DNA of 62,000 bases from Vicugna vicugna. Lineage: Eukaryota. Below the pieces are notes generated by a model. That model made no database searches. It saw nothing but the letters and a program-made list of their open reading frames with translations, and was not told where the DNA came from. Shown here in pieces: positions 50,201 to 61,506 of the stretch; the first letter of the stretch is position 1; each line of letters starts with the position of its first letter. The stretch is taken from positions 5,413,149 to 5,475,148 of the forward strand of contig MU058213.1 in assembly GCA_013265495.1 (NCBI GenBank), written 5' to 3'. The position numbers were made by a program, and so were the translations under genes.

Positions 50201-50325
50201 CCAGAGCTCCCAGCTCTCCATTCTCTGATCAAAGAATAAAGGCTTCCTTTGCTTCTGAACCAAACTCACTGTCATTCTGTTGGCTCCAACGACCCCGGCA
50301 GGAGGATCCTTGCTGGTCGGTAACA
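49791..50325 (+). mobile_element. ERV1-type solo LTR (535 bp) with perfect 4-bp TSD
   Basis: TGTCACCG...CGGTAACA inverted termini (7/8); TATT at 49787-49790 and 50326-50329; AATAAA at 50235-50240; no primer-binding site after the CA. Confidence 0.85.
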
Positions 50326-50329
50326 TATT

Positions 50330-53300
50330 CACCACTCAGGAATAGAAATAGACTCTTACCATGCCTTGAAAGGCCAGCGTGCCTCCTCAAGACCACTTTC
50401 TCCTTCCTCTGCAGAGCTAACCTTACTAGCCTGATTTTTGTGTTAATGGTTCTGTCTTGCCTTTTCTTATCACCTGTGAATATGCCTCTAAAAAAAGAGA
50501 TAAATTTTGTTTCTGACATTTATGTCAATGCAGTCATGCTGTGATGACTTCATCTGTGACTTGCTTCTTGTGCTGTTTTGTTCCTAAGATTCCTTTGTGT
50601 TATCGAGGGCAGCTGTGTGCGGTGTGTTCCTTTTCACAGCTATATCGCATTGCTTTCATATCCTGAGTCAAACATAACAGAATTTATGCATTCATTGTAC
50701 TGTTGATGGGCATTTGGGTTGTTCCCAGTTTGGAGCCATTAAGATCAACGCAGCTATGACTGCCCTTCCATGTGTCTCCTGGCACACGTGTGTAAGAGCT
50801 TCTTCAGGTACCTGTGGAATTGCTGGGCCACAGCGTTGCTAGGCAATACCAGGTGAGGCTATCCTGTCTGTCAAAGTGGTTGTGCCGATTCATATTCCCA
50901 CTAGCAGTTAGTAAGTTCCTTGCACACCCTCAACACTACCAATTACCACCTTGGTGGTTGTTTTTGTTAATTTGTTACTGTAACTTGGCTTCTCATTGTA
51001 GGTGGTAATCTTTTGATCTTCTGTATGAATTTAAGACTCTGCTGGTCATGTTCTATCAAAAAAAAAAACCAACTTCCTACTGGAATTTCATTAACTCTAT
51101 AGATCAAAAACGGAGGAATTAACATTTGACATCGTTATACTGTTTTTTCTATTCAAAAATCTGGTACACATGGTGTATATCTGCATGGTTTTAGGACCAA
51201 GACTTTAGGACTAAAGTCCATCAGTAAGGTTTTAGAGCTTTATCTATAAAGATTTACATCTCTTATAAATTTATTACTAAGCATTTCATATTTTTATTGC
51301 TAGTATAAACTTTCTTTTAAACTTACATTTTTCTAGTTGCCTCTGGTATATAGAAACGCAACTGATTTTTATTAACAATTTTATATGCAGACATCTTGCT
51401 AAACTCTTATTAACCCTAATGATTCATATATAGATTATTTTGGAATTTCTACACCTGCAAATAGTGACAGTTTTGTTTCTTCCATTCCAACTCTTAGAGT
51501 TTCCATTTCTTTCTCTTGGTTCACTACCCTAGCTATGACCTCCTGTACAGAAGTGGGCCTCTCTATCTTATCCCTTGAACTTGAACTTACGATTCTTAAT
51601 AATGACGTTTGCAGTAGGTTTTCAGGAGGTCATTTTCCAAATTAACAAATCTCTCTTCTATTCCTAGTTTGCTTTAAGTGCATTCCAGAAGTTTTAAAGC
51701 ATCATATTCAGTTCTGTGTATTTTTAAATTTCCATTATGACATCTTCCTTGATCTGTGAGCTTTTAAAGTGTGCCTTTTGTTTCCAAATGTAAGGTTTTG
51801 TCTCATTATATTTTTGTCATTTGTTTCTAACTTAATTGCATTTGAAATTTATTCATAGGAAATTCCATGAGTGCTTAAAAAGAAGCAATAATCTCCGACT
51901 GCAGAGTGCAGGGTTCTCCATAGGCCCGTTTTATCAAGTTTATTAGCGTGTTCTTTAAATCTTCTATATCCTTACTGATTTTTATCTGTTCATTCCATGA
52001 ATTACTGAGAGAAGTGTGTTGTAATCTCCCACCAGCATAGGGGATCGGTCTGGTTTCCCTGGTAGTGCTGACATTTTGTTTGCTTTGTGTATTTTGAGGC
52101 TATGTGCACACATATAAATTTCGTATTATATATTAGAACAAAAATATATGCTTTATTCTATGTAAGTGGTACCTCATATATGTCATCTATTATATATATA
52201 TCTTACAAGCTTAGAATTATTACTTATTTTGGAGAAATTAAGCATTTTGCCATTATGTGGTGCCTTTTTTATCACTCATAAAGCTGTTTGCCTTAAGTCT
52301 GCTTTTTTCTGCTATTAACGTATTTTTCCATCATTCTTTTGACTTGCACTTGCCTGTTAAATCTTCTCCTGCCCTTTAACTTCTGATATTTCTTCATCCT
52401 TATGTTTGAAAGTGTCTTGTGTAAACAGCATATGCCAGATTATATTTCTTTATCCAGATTATCAATTTTTGTCTTTTAACTGAGGATTTCAGTCCTGTTT
52501 TATTTATAGGAATTACTACTGCATTTGAATTTATTTCTAACATCCTGCTATGTGGTTTATACTTGTCTCACTTTTCCTCTTCTCCCTTACCCTACTTTTT
52601 GTGAATTAAACAAGATTGCTTTGGTTTGTATTTCATCATCTTGTTTGTTTCGAAGTGATCATATCCGTATCTTTTTGTGGTTTGCCCTAAAATTTTAAGA
52701 TGCATTTTTAATAATTCTAAAATTAATATTTTAACTCCCTCTTGAAAAATTCAAGGTTTCTAATTTTTTTTTTTCAGATTCCAGTTATCTGCCCACCTAA
52801 TCTAATGCTTGTTTTGTCTGGTATTTTACTTCTAATATGCTTTTTATTCCTGAAAATATAACATTTTTTATTATGTTATAGTGTTAAGGTTTATTTAGAT
52901 TTAAGTTAAGTTTAATTTATTTTTTTTAATTTTTCTTAAAAAAATTTTGGGGTTATTTATTTTTCTAGTGGAGGTGCTGGGGATTGAACCCAGGACCTGG
53001 TGCATACTAGGCGCGCACTCTACCACTGAGCTATATGCCCTTCCCCCAAGGCTAATTTATTTTTATCTACGCATTTATGATGTTTCTGTTCACCATTCCT
53101 TCTCATATCTCTTATCTTTTAGACTACCTTTCTCTTACCTAGAGTTTATTATGTAGAATTCCATTCCGTGGGGATCTTCTGGTGGTAACTATCCGTTAAA
53201 CTGTTGTTTATTACTTTTATTTGAAATATCTTTACTTTGTCTTCATTTTTTGAAAAAATCATTTGGCCACATACAGAATTTTTGTTAAAAATTATTTTCT

Positions 53301-54590
53301 CTCAGCACGTTATACCCTCGGGCTTCCGTTGTAGAAGCCAGCACTAACCTCTAATTGCCATTCTTTTACAGAAGGTCCATCTTTCCTCTCTGACTGCTTT
53401 TAAGATCACCCTTTTCTTTATTCTGTAATTATTCTAATGTGTCTAGGAGTGTGTTTCTTTTTATCTACCCTCCTTCAGATTTGTTGAAGATTAGTGTCTT
53501 TCAAGAATTCTAGAGGATTCTCAGCCATTTTCTGTTGAAATTAAATCCCCTCCCCATATCTGACTGAAATCTTTCACTTTGTCCTCTTTTTTTCTTTTTT
53601 GCCTTCCACCCCCATTTTAAAATTACTTCCAAATGTATACCCATGATAATGCCACTGCATCCATCTCCATTATTTACCTCTAATTATATCTAGTTGTCTG
53701 GTTACTCTATCCATTGAGGTTTTAATTTCAATTCATATATTTTATTTTTCAAAAGTTATGTTTTTTTTCCCAGTCTACTTGCTTCCTGACCAAATTTTCC
53801 AGCTTTCCTCTTCTATCTTTAAACATGTTTTGCACAGTTATTTTACATTCGGTGTTCAATAAATAATGTCTGACGCTCTTGCTGATCTGTTTTGACTTTT
53901 TTGTGTTTTGCTTTTTTGCTGGTTCTTATGATCCTAATACTTCATTACCTTGTGTGTTTAGTGATTTTTGACTATAAGCTGCTCATTCTCCTTGGACATA
54001 ATCTGGAAATTCTGAGAGGACTGGGCTGCAGCCGGATTCCTCCAGAATACATTTATGTTTATTCAGTTGGTCAAGTGAGGTATTACCAAACTGAGATCAC
54101 ATTGAATTTTCAGATTTAGATATTTAGGACCACACAAGTGGTATTTGCATTTAAACTGCAGACACAAGTGAGGGTCACTTTATGCCAGGCCAAAGTGATT
54201 ACCTGGGTTGAGACAGACAAGCTTTCTTGCTCCTCTTTCTCTGTTCACCATAAAACATGTGTAACCTTTTGGGATTCCAGCTTTATTTAAGGATCTCCTA
54301 TAGGTACCCCACCTTGGTCAAGCCTGGACTTAAACTCTTGTATCCCATCCCCATACAATCTCCAAGGCAATAGCCCAAACTGTCCGCATCTGGCAGAAAC
54401 TTCCAGGGTGAAAGCAAGCTTTGGTATTCACTTACCTCCCAGAGCTCCTGGTTTCAGTTTGTTAGGGAGCTCCATGTCAGCTCAGAGATGTGTTTTTAAG
54501 ATTTTAAAATATATTTTGTTCAACATTTCAGTTGTTTTGGATGGGAAAATTACTCTGGCTATCTAATTCACTCTATTGCTGGAAAGAGAA
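50330..54590 (-). mobile_element. Long ancient antisense L1M (3' UTR, ORF2 and ORF1/5' pieces, fragmented)
   Basis: GATGGGCATTTGGGTTGTTCCCAGTTTGG, AAATAGTGACAGTTTTGTTTCTTCC, TCTTGTGTAAACAGCATA and CTCTGACTGCTTTTAAGAT motifs in L1 antisense order; T-rich plus strand. Confidence 0.8.
52925..53047 (-). mobile_element. tRNA-derived SINE (Vic-1-like)
   Basis: Minus strand GGGGGAAGGGCATATAGCTCAGTGGTAGAG...GGTTCAATCCCCAG; imperfect TSD AAG(TT/GC)TAATTTATTTTT at 52908-52924 and 53048-53064. Confidence 0.88.
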
Positions 54591-54829
54591 ATGATCAAGC
54601 TGGTTTATTTTTAGCCAAGGCTAATTTCTGCATCACTCTGCACCTGTGAACCGGAACCAATCTGCATGAGTGTGCATTCCTTTTCTGGCTAAAAAGAATT
54701 TTCAGAGAGGCTAACCAACGGACTTCTGTTGGAGAAAAACACATAGCACGCCAGCCTACCCGTCCCAGAGGCTCTCAGAAATGACAATTCTAGCCTACAT
54801 TTGAAACTATCACATCAAATGTGTTCATA

Positions 54830-55070
54830 ATAATACCTAATGTTCATCAGGGTAAGGCTTATTATCATTTGTAAAACACTAGGTGTATGATATGCATTAT
54901 CTCAGTTTTCACAACAACCCTCTGAGCTAAGTATTATTATTAGTCCCATTTTACAGATGAGAGAAACTAAAGAGCAAAACGGCCAAGTAATTTTCCCAAA
55001 GAATGCAGTGGAAACGGGAGACAGTTGGGCTCCAGCACACATGTCCCTAGCCTTACTGTTAGGCTGTCTC
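54830..55070 (-). mobile_element. MIR
   Basis: CACAACAACCCTCTGAGCTAAGTATTATTATTAGTCCCATTTTACAGATGAG. Confidence 0.8.
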
Positions 55071-55159
55071 TGTCAGAAGATAAGCAGTCAGTGAAAAACT
55101 AGCTTCCTGAGAAATATGGCCCAAATTAGATGATTCAGGGGAGATTATTCCTCTAGCAC

Positions 55160-55335
55160 TAGGTCTCTCAATCTGAGCAGCCCATCAGAGGTACCCAGGG
55201 AACGTTTTCAAGACACACTTGGCTCCTCCCAAGAAGAGATTCAAATTTAGTTGGTCTGGGGTGGGGCCCCAACATCTTTATTTCGTCAAGCCTCCCCAGG
55301 AAGTACTGGTGAATTCCCTTGATTAGAATCACCCC
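55160..55335. mobile_element. MER5-like DNA transposon remnant
   Basis: GAGATTCAAATTTAGTTGGTCTGGGGTGGGGCCC...CCTCCCCAGG. Confidence 0.55.
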
Positions 55336-56689
55336 TCTGTGGGTTATTCGGGGCCACCACGCTGGATAGCTTCCTCTCTCCCTTTGTTCATGTGTGAGGA
55401 CACTTTACCAGGTCTCAGCTTCCCAGAAAAATGGGTGTTGGGCAAGAAAGAGTTGTCATCTCACTAGCCACCACCTGGATGTCCTCAGGCAGTTAAGACT
55501 CGGGTTTCTGAGTGGCACTGAATAAACCCAGGCTCTTTTGGATCAGCACCGTGTATCAGCAGGTCAGGGCTGGGGGAAGGGGAGTTCTGGCCTAAAGTAG
55601 TCATGGGATGGCTTACGCACTCCATATAGCCATCACTCCGTATGTGTGGATATTCGGGAGTGAGAGTCACTGTGAGATGCTGCCACCGAAGTGGTCCTGA
55701 ATGGTCTCCAGCACATTTTCTGTCTCTGAAAGCCCATCTTCTCTCTATCCTAGTTAAGTGCTTAAGAAAAGCAAGAAGTACAATTTAACTGGGGAAGAGT
55801 CACTAAGGGACAAAGTCCTAAAAAAGAAGGAGACCCAGATTGAGAATGCCACCCACCTCCACACACACACCCTTCTGTCAAGGCTGCTGAAGCCATCTGG
55901 GCAGAAAGAAGCTGCTTTTAAGGAATTTGGCTTTGTTGGGCCTGCATATAAAATTCCAACACAGATGTTCCTTGGCAACCTGGCACCTGGCTTCTCTGGA
56001 CAACACGGCAACAACTCTCCCTCCCTGGCTGGTTCTGGCCTTGGGTTTGCATCACCAACTTGGTCCTTCTGTTCAGCACCTCTGTCCCGAGCCCTCCTAA
56101 CTGCACTGGATCCCTTCCAAGAGTAACCAAATACTTCACCACTGGGCCGAGCCTGGAATCCCTCCTCAATGCTCCCTGCCCTGTGCTTCATAGGGTTTCT
56201 CAGCTCTGCTCTGTTCTCTCACAGCATCCCCAGCCCTCAGAGGTCAGGGGCAGGAGTCACTCCATGTGCAGTTATAAAGGTGCCAGGGGAACATGCTGAG
56301 CTCTCTGAGGACCCCTGAGAAGCCACAGGCCATGATGCACAACCCAACCTCATCCACTTCGGGCAGGACTCCCCTCAGAGGTAACCCGGCTTCGCCACCA
56401 GCCCCAAGCCTGTCTGGATCACCGGCTGAGCCTGGCCGTATCTCCTAGACTCCCAGACCTCCTGTGGCTGCCTCTGTAGGTGAGCCCCAGACAGGTTATC
56501 AGATCTCAAGGACAGGGCTCAGCCAATACTCTGCTTCCCTCTCAGCAGACAGGCCTTAGACAGGCCTCTGGACACAGGGCTGGAGGGGGGAGTGGCAGGG
56601 GGACTGGAGGCCAAGAGGACCCGGTTCTGTCTCAAATGAGCCCATGTGCTTAGTGTGTTACCTACAGCATCGTAAGGGCTCATTACCCC

Positions 56690-56925
56690 GGGCTATTACT
56701 GCGGAGTGCTAGGCGGCAATGGTCTTCAGATACCGTGTGCAACACTCTACATATACTCTCCACGAATCCTAATAAAGTTCCTGCAGGATGGGTATTATTA
56801 TCATCACAATTTTAGAAGTTTAGAGAAAGTGAAGTAACTTGTCCAATGTCACACAGCCAGTGACAGAGTCTGGATCCAAATCCAAATGGGTCCAACTCCA
56901 AAACTGGACCCTTGCCTACTACTCC
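56690..56925 (-). mobile_element. MIR
   Basis: GGGTATTATTATC...AAGTGAAGTAACTTGTCCAATGTCACACAGCCAGTG. Confidence 0.7.
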
Positions 56926-57974
56926 AGGTTGTCATACCTCCTTTACAAAATGGCAAGGTTCTCACTGCACTTGCTTCTTAAAATGACTAACAAAGTACTT
57001 TTTTAAAGTCTTAAAAGAGCTGTGAGGGAAAAGGCCAAATGACAATCATTACAGTCAGTGTGATTACTGTAACTGAGAATAAAACTGCCCTGGCCGCTTC
57101 ACAGCCCAAAGAGGGAAATAAAGTGGGTGAAACTTGTCTTCCTGGGTCCTCCCTTTCTGGTGGCTCTTGCTTCCACCACACTAGCAGCTAGCTCTCTCCC
57201 TCTTCCAGAAGGTTCTAGTGCCCAGTGCTTGATCCCCACCCAGAGCAGCAGCCCGTGCCTCACCCCATCTCTCTTCCCTCAGCCTGCCAGCCATCGGTAA
57301 TCATTTTTTCCTATATTCTGTGCATGCATAAAAATAAGAGAATAAGCTACATGCAATAAAGGACAGATGTGGGCAGCACAGGTAAGTACAGGGCACAGTA
57401 GGGTGAAAGGACGAGTTTGAGGTTTAAACAGGAAGGGCAGCAGGCACGTCTCCAGTGCAGGAAACATCTCCCATGGTGGGCAGGGGTATGAGGGAGAATT
57501 CAGAATGTGGGTATCTTTGGAGACCCTACATCATGTGCCCTAGAGCCCCTGTCTGCTCTACCATGGGTTGAGTTGCTCATTCTCTCTTAACAAGTCTGTA
57601 CAAGGTCAAGCAAGTTTCACTAAATAATCCTGGAAGAACAGGGCTGCTTCCCGGGACAATGAATCTGTTTCCTACTGTTCTGGTGCACAGGGCAAAGGCA
57701 GTTAATGAAATCCTATATACAAGGCAGAGTAGGTCAATCTGTGCTTCCTAATTCCTTGAGACTGAAGGTATTTTGAGCCTGAGAATCCATAGCATTTACT
57801 GTAGACTCAATCACCACGTCTCCCACTACTATTAGGAGCCACCATCTCACACAAGTACCGGACACTACTGAGTTTGTTGTCTAGGTTCTTTTGATTTTAA
57901 GGAACAAAGTCATAAAGAAGTGCTCTTTGGTAGCAATGCCGTGGAGTGGTGAAGAAGGCAGACTCTTCCACGGT

Positions 57975-58256
57975 GCTTCAGCCAGATTTCTCCAGAGAAA
58001 TAGAACTAATAAAGGCAGGAGTTGATGCTGCAGTCTTAAGGCAGCATTTCTTCTCTGGGAAACCTCAACTTTTTCTTTTAGCTGATTGAATGAGGTCCAA
58101 CCACATTACTGAGGGGGAAATACCCTTAACTTAAATTCAACTGATCGTTAATGTTAAACGCATCTACAAAATACCATCACAGCAAAACCTAGATTAGAAT
58201 TTGGTTAAATAACTGGGCAGTATACTAGTCAAACTGACATAAAACCAACCAACACA
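57975..58256 (-). mobile_element. MLT2-like LTR, internally deleted
   Basis: TTCTCCAGAGAAATAGAACTAATA...TGATTGAATGAGGTCCAACCACATTA...CATCTACAAAATACC...CCTAGATTAG. Confidence 0.75.
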
Positions 58257-59224
58257 CATGCACATCTGGGAACAGGAGTCATCATGGCCTCACGGAGGCA
58301 GAAAGGAAGGTTTTCCACACCGACTAGTACCCAGACATTAACGTGACTCAGCCACCTCCTCGTGTCTCCTCTTTTCCCAAGTAGCGAGTTCTTTTTGAAC
58401 GTTCAGTTCACGTTTCTAAGAGAGAAAATCTATTTATTGAGGCCATTTTTTCATACTAGACAACATTAAGGCCATTGTGGGGACAGACTGTCCTAGAGTC
58501 AGGCAACCTCCCCACGGCTCAGTCAGTGGTTACTCCCGTGCAAAGACCAGCCAAGGGCTCCGTCTCAGAGCAGGTGGCTGGAGGCCCAGGAGTTTGAGCT
58601 CGAGGAGAACACGGAACACAGCAGACGCCTTACTGCCCACCTGCAACACATCCTTCTGTCTTCACGGCTCCCACCCAGCGTTCCAAATCATAACACACAC
58701 AGCTGCACACAACTCACCTGCTCCCAGCAAGGAGACAATCAAATGTGCACGTCCTGCAGGTATCGTGTGCCACGGCCATGTCACACCGCCACTGACAAAG
58801 CTGTTTTTCAGCATCAAGCCCACGATCTCCTGAGGGTACTCACTCTCCTTGTGTTCCCTCTGCTACCATTTCTAGGGGTTATTCCTCATTATTTCGCAGA
58901 CTCAGGGCAAATGGTGAATGTCACCACCACCAATGCACCTGATAAACATGATGGAAGGAAAACAGAACATTCTTAAGCTGGCAGTAGCTAAAATAATAAC
59001 ATCTGTCTTGTTTTATAAAAATGGTGGTGGCAGAATAGGGTATAATTCCTCAATTTTCAGACACTTTAGCAAGGAGGGGAAAATAAACCTGAAAAAGAGG
59101 TAGGGTATGCCCTTAATTCTACAATTGATCCTGAGGCTGTAGTTAATGGACATCTGTAATTCCCTTCACTCATCTTCCAGGTTCTCTTTGTTTTTTGCCC
59201 AACTGAGTGATTCTACCTTTTGCT

Positions 59225-59665
59225 ATCAAGAAATCTCTTAGCTGCAAATAACAGAAAATCCAGATAACAGTGGTTTAAATACAGGGATTTGTTTTTCTCA
59301 TGTAACAAGAAATTGAAAGCAATTTCTGGGGTAGGTTTGGTTATAATGTCAGGTCTCTGGGTCACATCTCCACTCCACTCCTGCCCTTTGCCTCACGATC
59401 ACAAGATACCATCATGGGCACCTTGGCCATGTTCACAGCAGGAAGACTAGCGAGAGAATGGCACTGGCTAGCGGCTTTTCATCCGCAAAGCCACAGCTTT
59501 CCTCTGGGCTTCCAGCAGGCTTCTCCTCCCATCTTCTTGGCCAGAACCACATGAGGTGACAACTCCTGCTACACTGGAAGCTGCGAATCACGTATCTAGC
59601 AAAGGGAGAGGGGAACATTATAACTGAGTTAAACCAAATGCAATTCTTTAGCTGGGTCATGACAG
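59225..59665 (-). mobile_element. Old MLT1 (J/K-like) LTR
   Basis: TAGCTGCAAATAACAGAAAATCC...AGTGGTTTAAA...TCTCATGTAACAAGAA...TTGGCCAGAAC. Confidence 0.65.
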
Positions 59666-61299
59666 ATTACCTTCTTTCAATCAAGATGAACAAGAAAGAG
59701 GTGGGGGAAGGGTCGCTGATACACCTGCTTACCTGGTGTAGTCTGTTTTCTGTTGGCCTTGACAGTCCCCTGCCCTCTGTTTGACAGCAGTGCCTCCCCT
59801 GGATAATCAGCATAGGGCTCCTTTGCCAAGACCCTGTAGGCTCAGCATTTATCACAGTCTAGTCCTAGTTCTAGTTCTGTAGGATTTTACCCTGTGTCTC
59901 CATGGAACTGTCTCTCCACTGGGTAGGGAAACTTCCAGACCAACAGAGTCCAGCCACAGCGGTGAGACTGCATCATCGGGTGTAGGCGTGAGCAGCCTCC
60001 GGTGTCCACCTGCAGGTTCCTGGCTGTGGGAGAAGACGGCATCGTATAGAGAACTGAGAATTATTAATGAACTCACAGTTGCTTTTTCTCATTATCTATT
60101 TGCTCAACCAGTCATTACCAAGCAAGAGTTACATGAGTGTCTGTGAAATGGTTTTGACTTCCAAAAGGGTTCCTGACAAGTGAACGAAGATGGAGGCTCA
60201 CTGATCCAGCGGGAAGACGCCCAGCAGTGAGAGGCTTTGTGTGTTAAGCCTGGCCCTGCGGCCGGCTAACCAGCTGTCTACTAACTTACTAGGACCTTAG
60301 GATTCTAAACTCCGGATCCTATCACTTTCAGGGTTAAACTTTCCTGCTCTTCTTAGCTGGCTTTCATTTTAGGCACTAGGGGTGGACATCTTCTCATTTC
60401 CCCTTGAGGGGATGGGCTTTCTCTCTGGACTAACTATTCAGAATGTTGCAGCAGCCTCCCCGTGGTCGTCAGTCATCCTGTATATTCACAACTTCTATTT
60501 TCAAAAATTAGAAAAAGAAAAAAAAAAAGGAAGGAGTTCAGTTCAAAAAATCTTAAATCCCCCACCAAAGAAAAATAAAGCCACTTGACACTATCTGGAT
60601 ATTACCGGGGCCTTTGACCCTCTAGGCTAATTGGCAATGCATCAAAAGAATCACAAGGTTCTAACAGAATTCATTAACGCCAAAGTTCATTTATTCACAC
60701 ATGGTGCAGAAGTGATGGTGTACCATGGCGAAATAAATCTTCATTTAAAAAATAAATGTCAAGGCTGTTTGAAGATTTTTTTAAAAAGTTAATTCTTTGG
60801 GTTTTTAGGCCTCTCCTTTTTCCTCATGGATGGTTACACAGTGTGCTACAAAGAGCCCAGAGCTGGGAATCCATCATCAAAACCGCCTGGCTGCAGTAAC
60901 TGTGTGGTCCTAACCAAGTCCTTTTACACTCATTAGCTTTAAAACAGAAAGAATAATAATGAACACTCAGGGCTTTGGTGAGAATAAGATCACACCAGAA
61001 AAAATACGGTAGTAAATGCCAAAGTTTTTGTGATAAAATAATGTAATTAAAATTAAAAACTCCTTATGAACTAATATGGAAATGGCGAAAAAAGAATAGT
61101 TTGCAAACTATATGATTTGTGATTAACAATTTTGTTTGAAGTTCAAAAGATTCTCTACATCTGAGTTTTTAAAGATATGTTTGCCAAAGTTCAAAGCAGC
61201 TGAACTCACATAGTTACACACACGCGCACGCTTCTTTAGTAGGATTTTAGATGTTTGTTTTCATTGATCCAGAAAAAGAGGGAAAATAAATTCTTTTCA

Positions 61300-61488
61300 A
61301 TACCGTCATTGTAGTTACTGTTTTACAGGGGTATATGTAAGTCAAAACTTACCAAATTCTACACTTAAAATACAGGCAGTTTATTTATTTTTTAAATTTT
61401 TTTAACGTTTTTTATTGATTTATAATCATTTTACAATGACAGGTAGTTTATTATGTATGAATTATACCCTAATAAAACTGTGAAAAAA
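61300..61488 (+). mobile_element. Old L1M 3' end interrupted by a young antisense L1 tail
   Basis: GTCAAAACTTACCAAATTCTACACTTAAAATACAGGCAGTTTATT|...|ATGTATGAATTATACCCTAATAAAACTG. Confidence 0.75.
61386..61438 (-). mobile_element. 53-bp young L1 3' tail with 14-bp TSD
   Basis: Minus strand CATTGTAAAATGATTATAAATCAATAAAAAACGTTAAAA matches the tails of the 29923 and 38326 copies. ACAGG(C/T)AGTTTATT at 61372-61385 and 61439-61452. Confidence 0.85.
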
Positions 61489-61506
61489 TGACCTCCTAAA
61501 AGGTCA
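61489..61506. promoter_or_regulatory. Perfect nuclear-receptor everted repeat ER6 motif
   Basis: TGACCT-CCTAAA-AGGTCA read directly; function untested. Confidence 0.35.

Noticed and set aside
47742..50325. Possible provirus between the 47.7-kb and 49.8-kb LTRs
   Set aside because: The two LTR sequences are not alike, the second has its own TATT TSD, and the interval is unique, MIR or L1 sequence.
49900..50544. Longest ORF (214 aa) over the CpG island
   Set aside because: Non-ATG start, Arg/Pro-rich composition expected from GC-rich DNA, runs from the LTR into an antisense L1, and resembles no protein I recognise.
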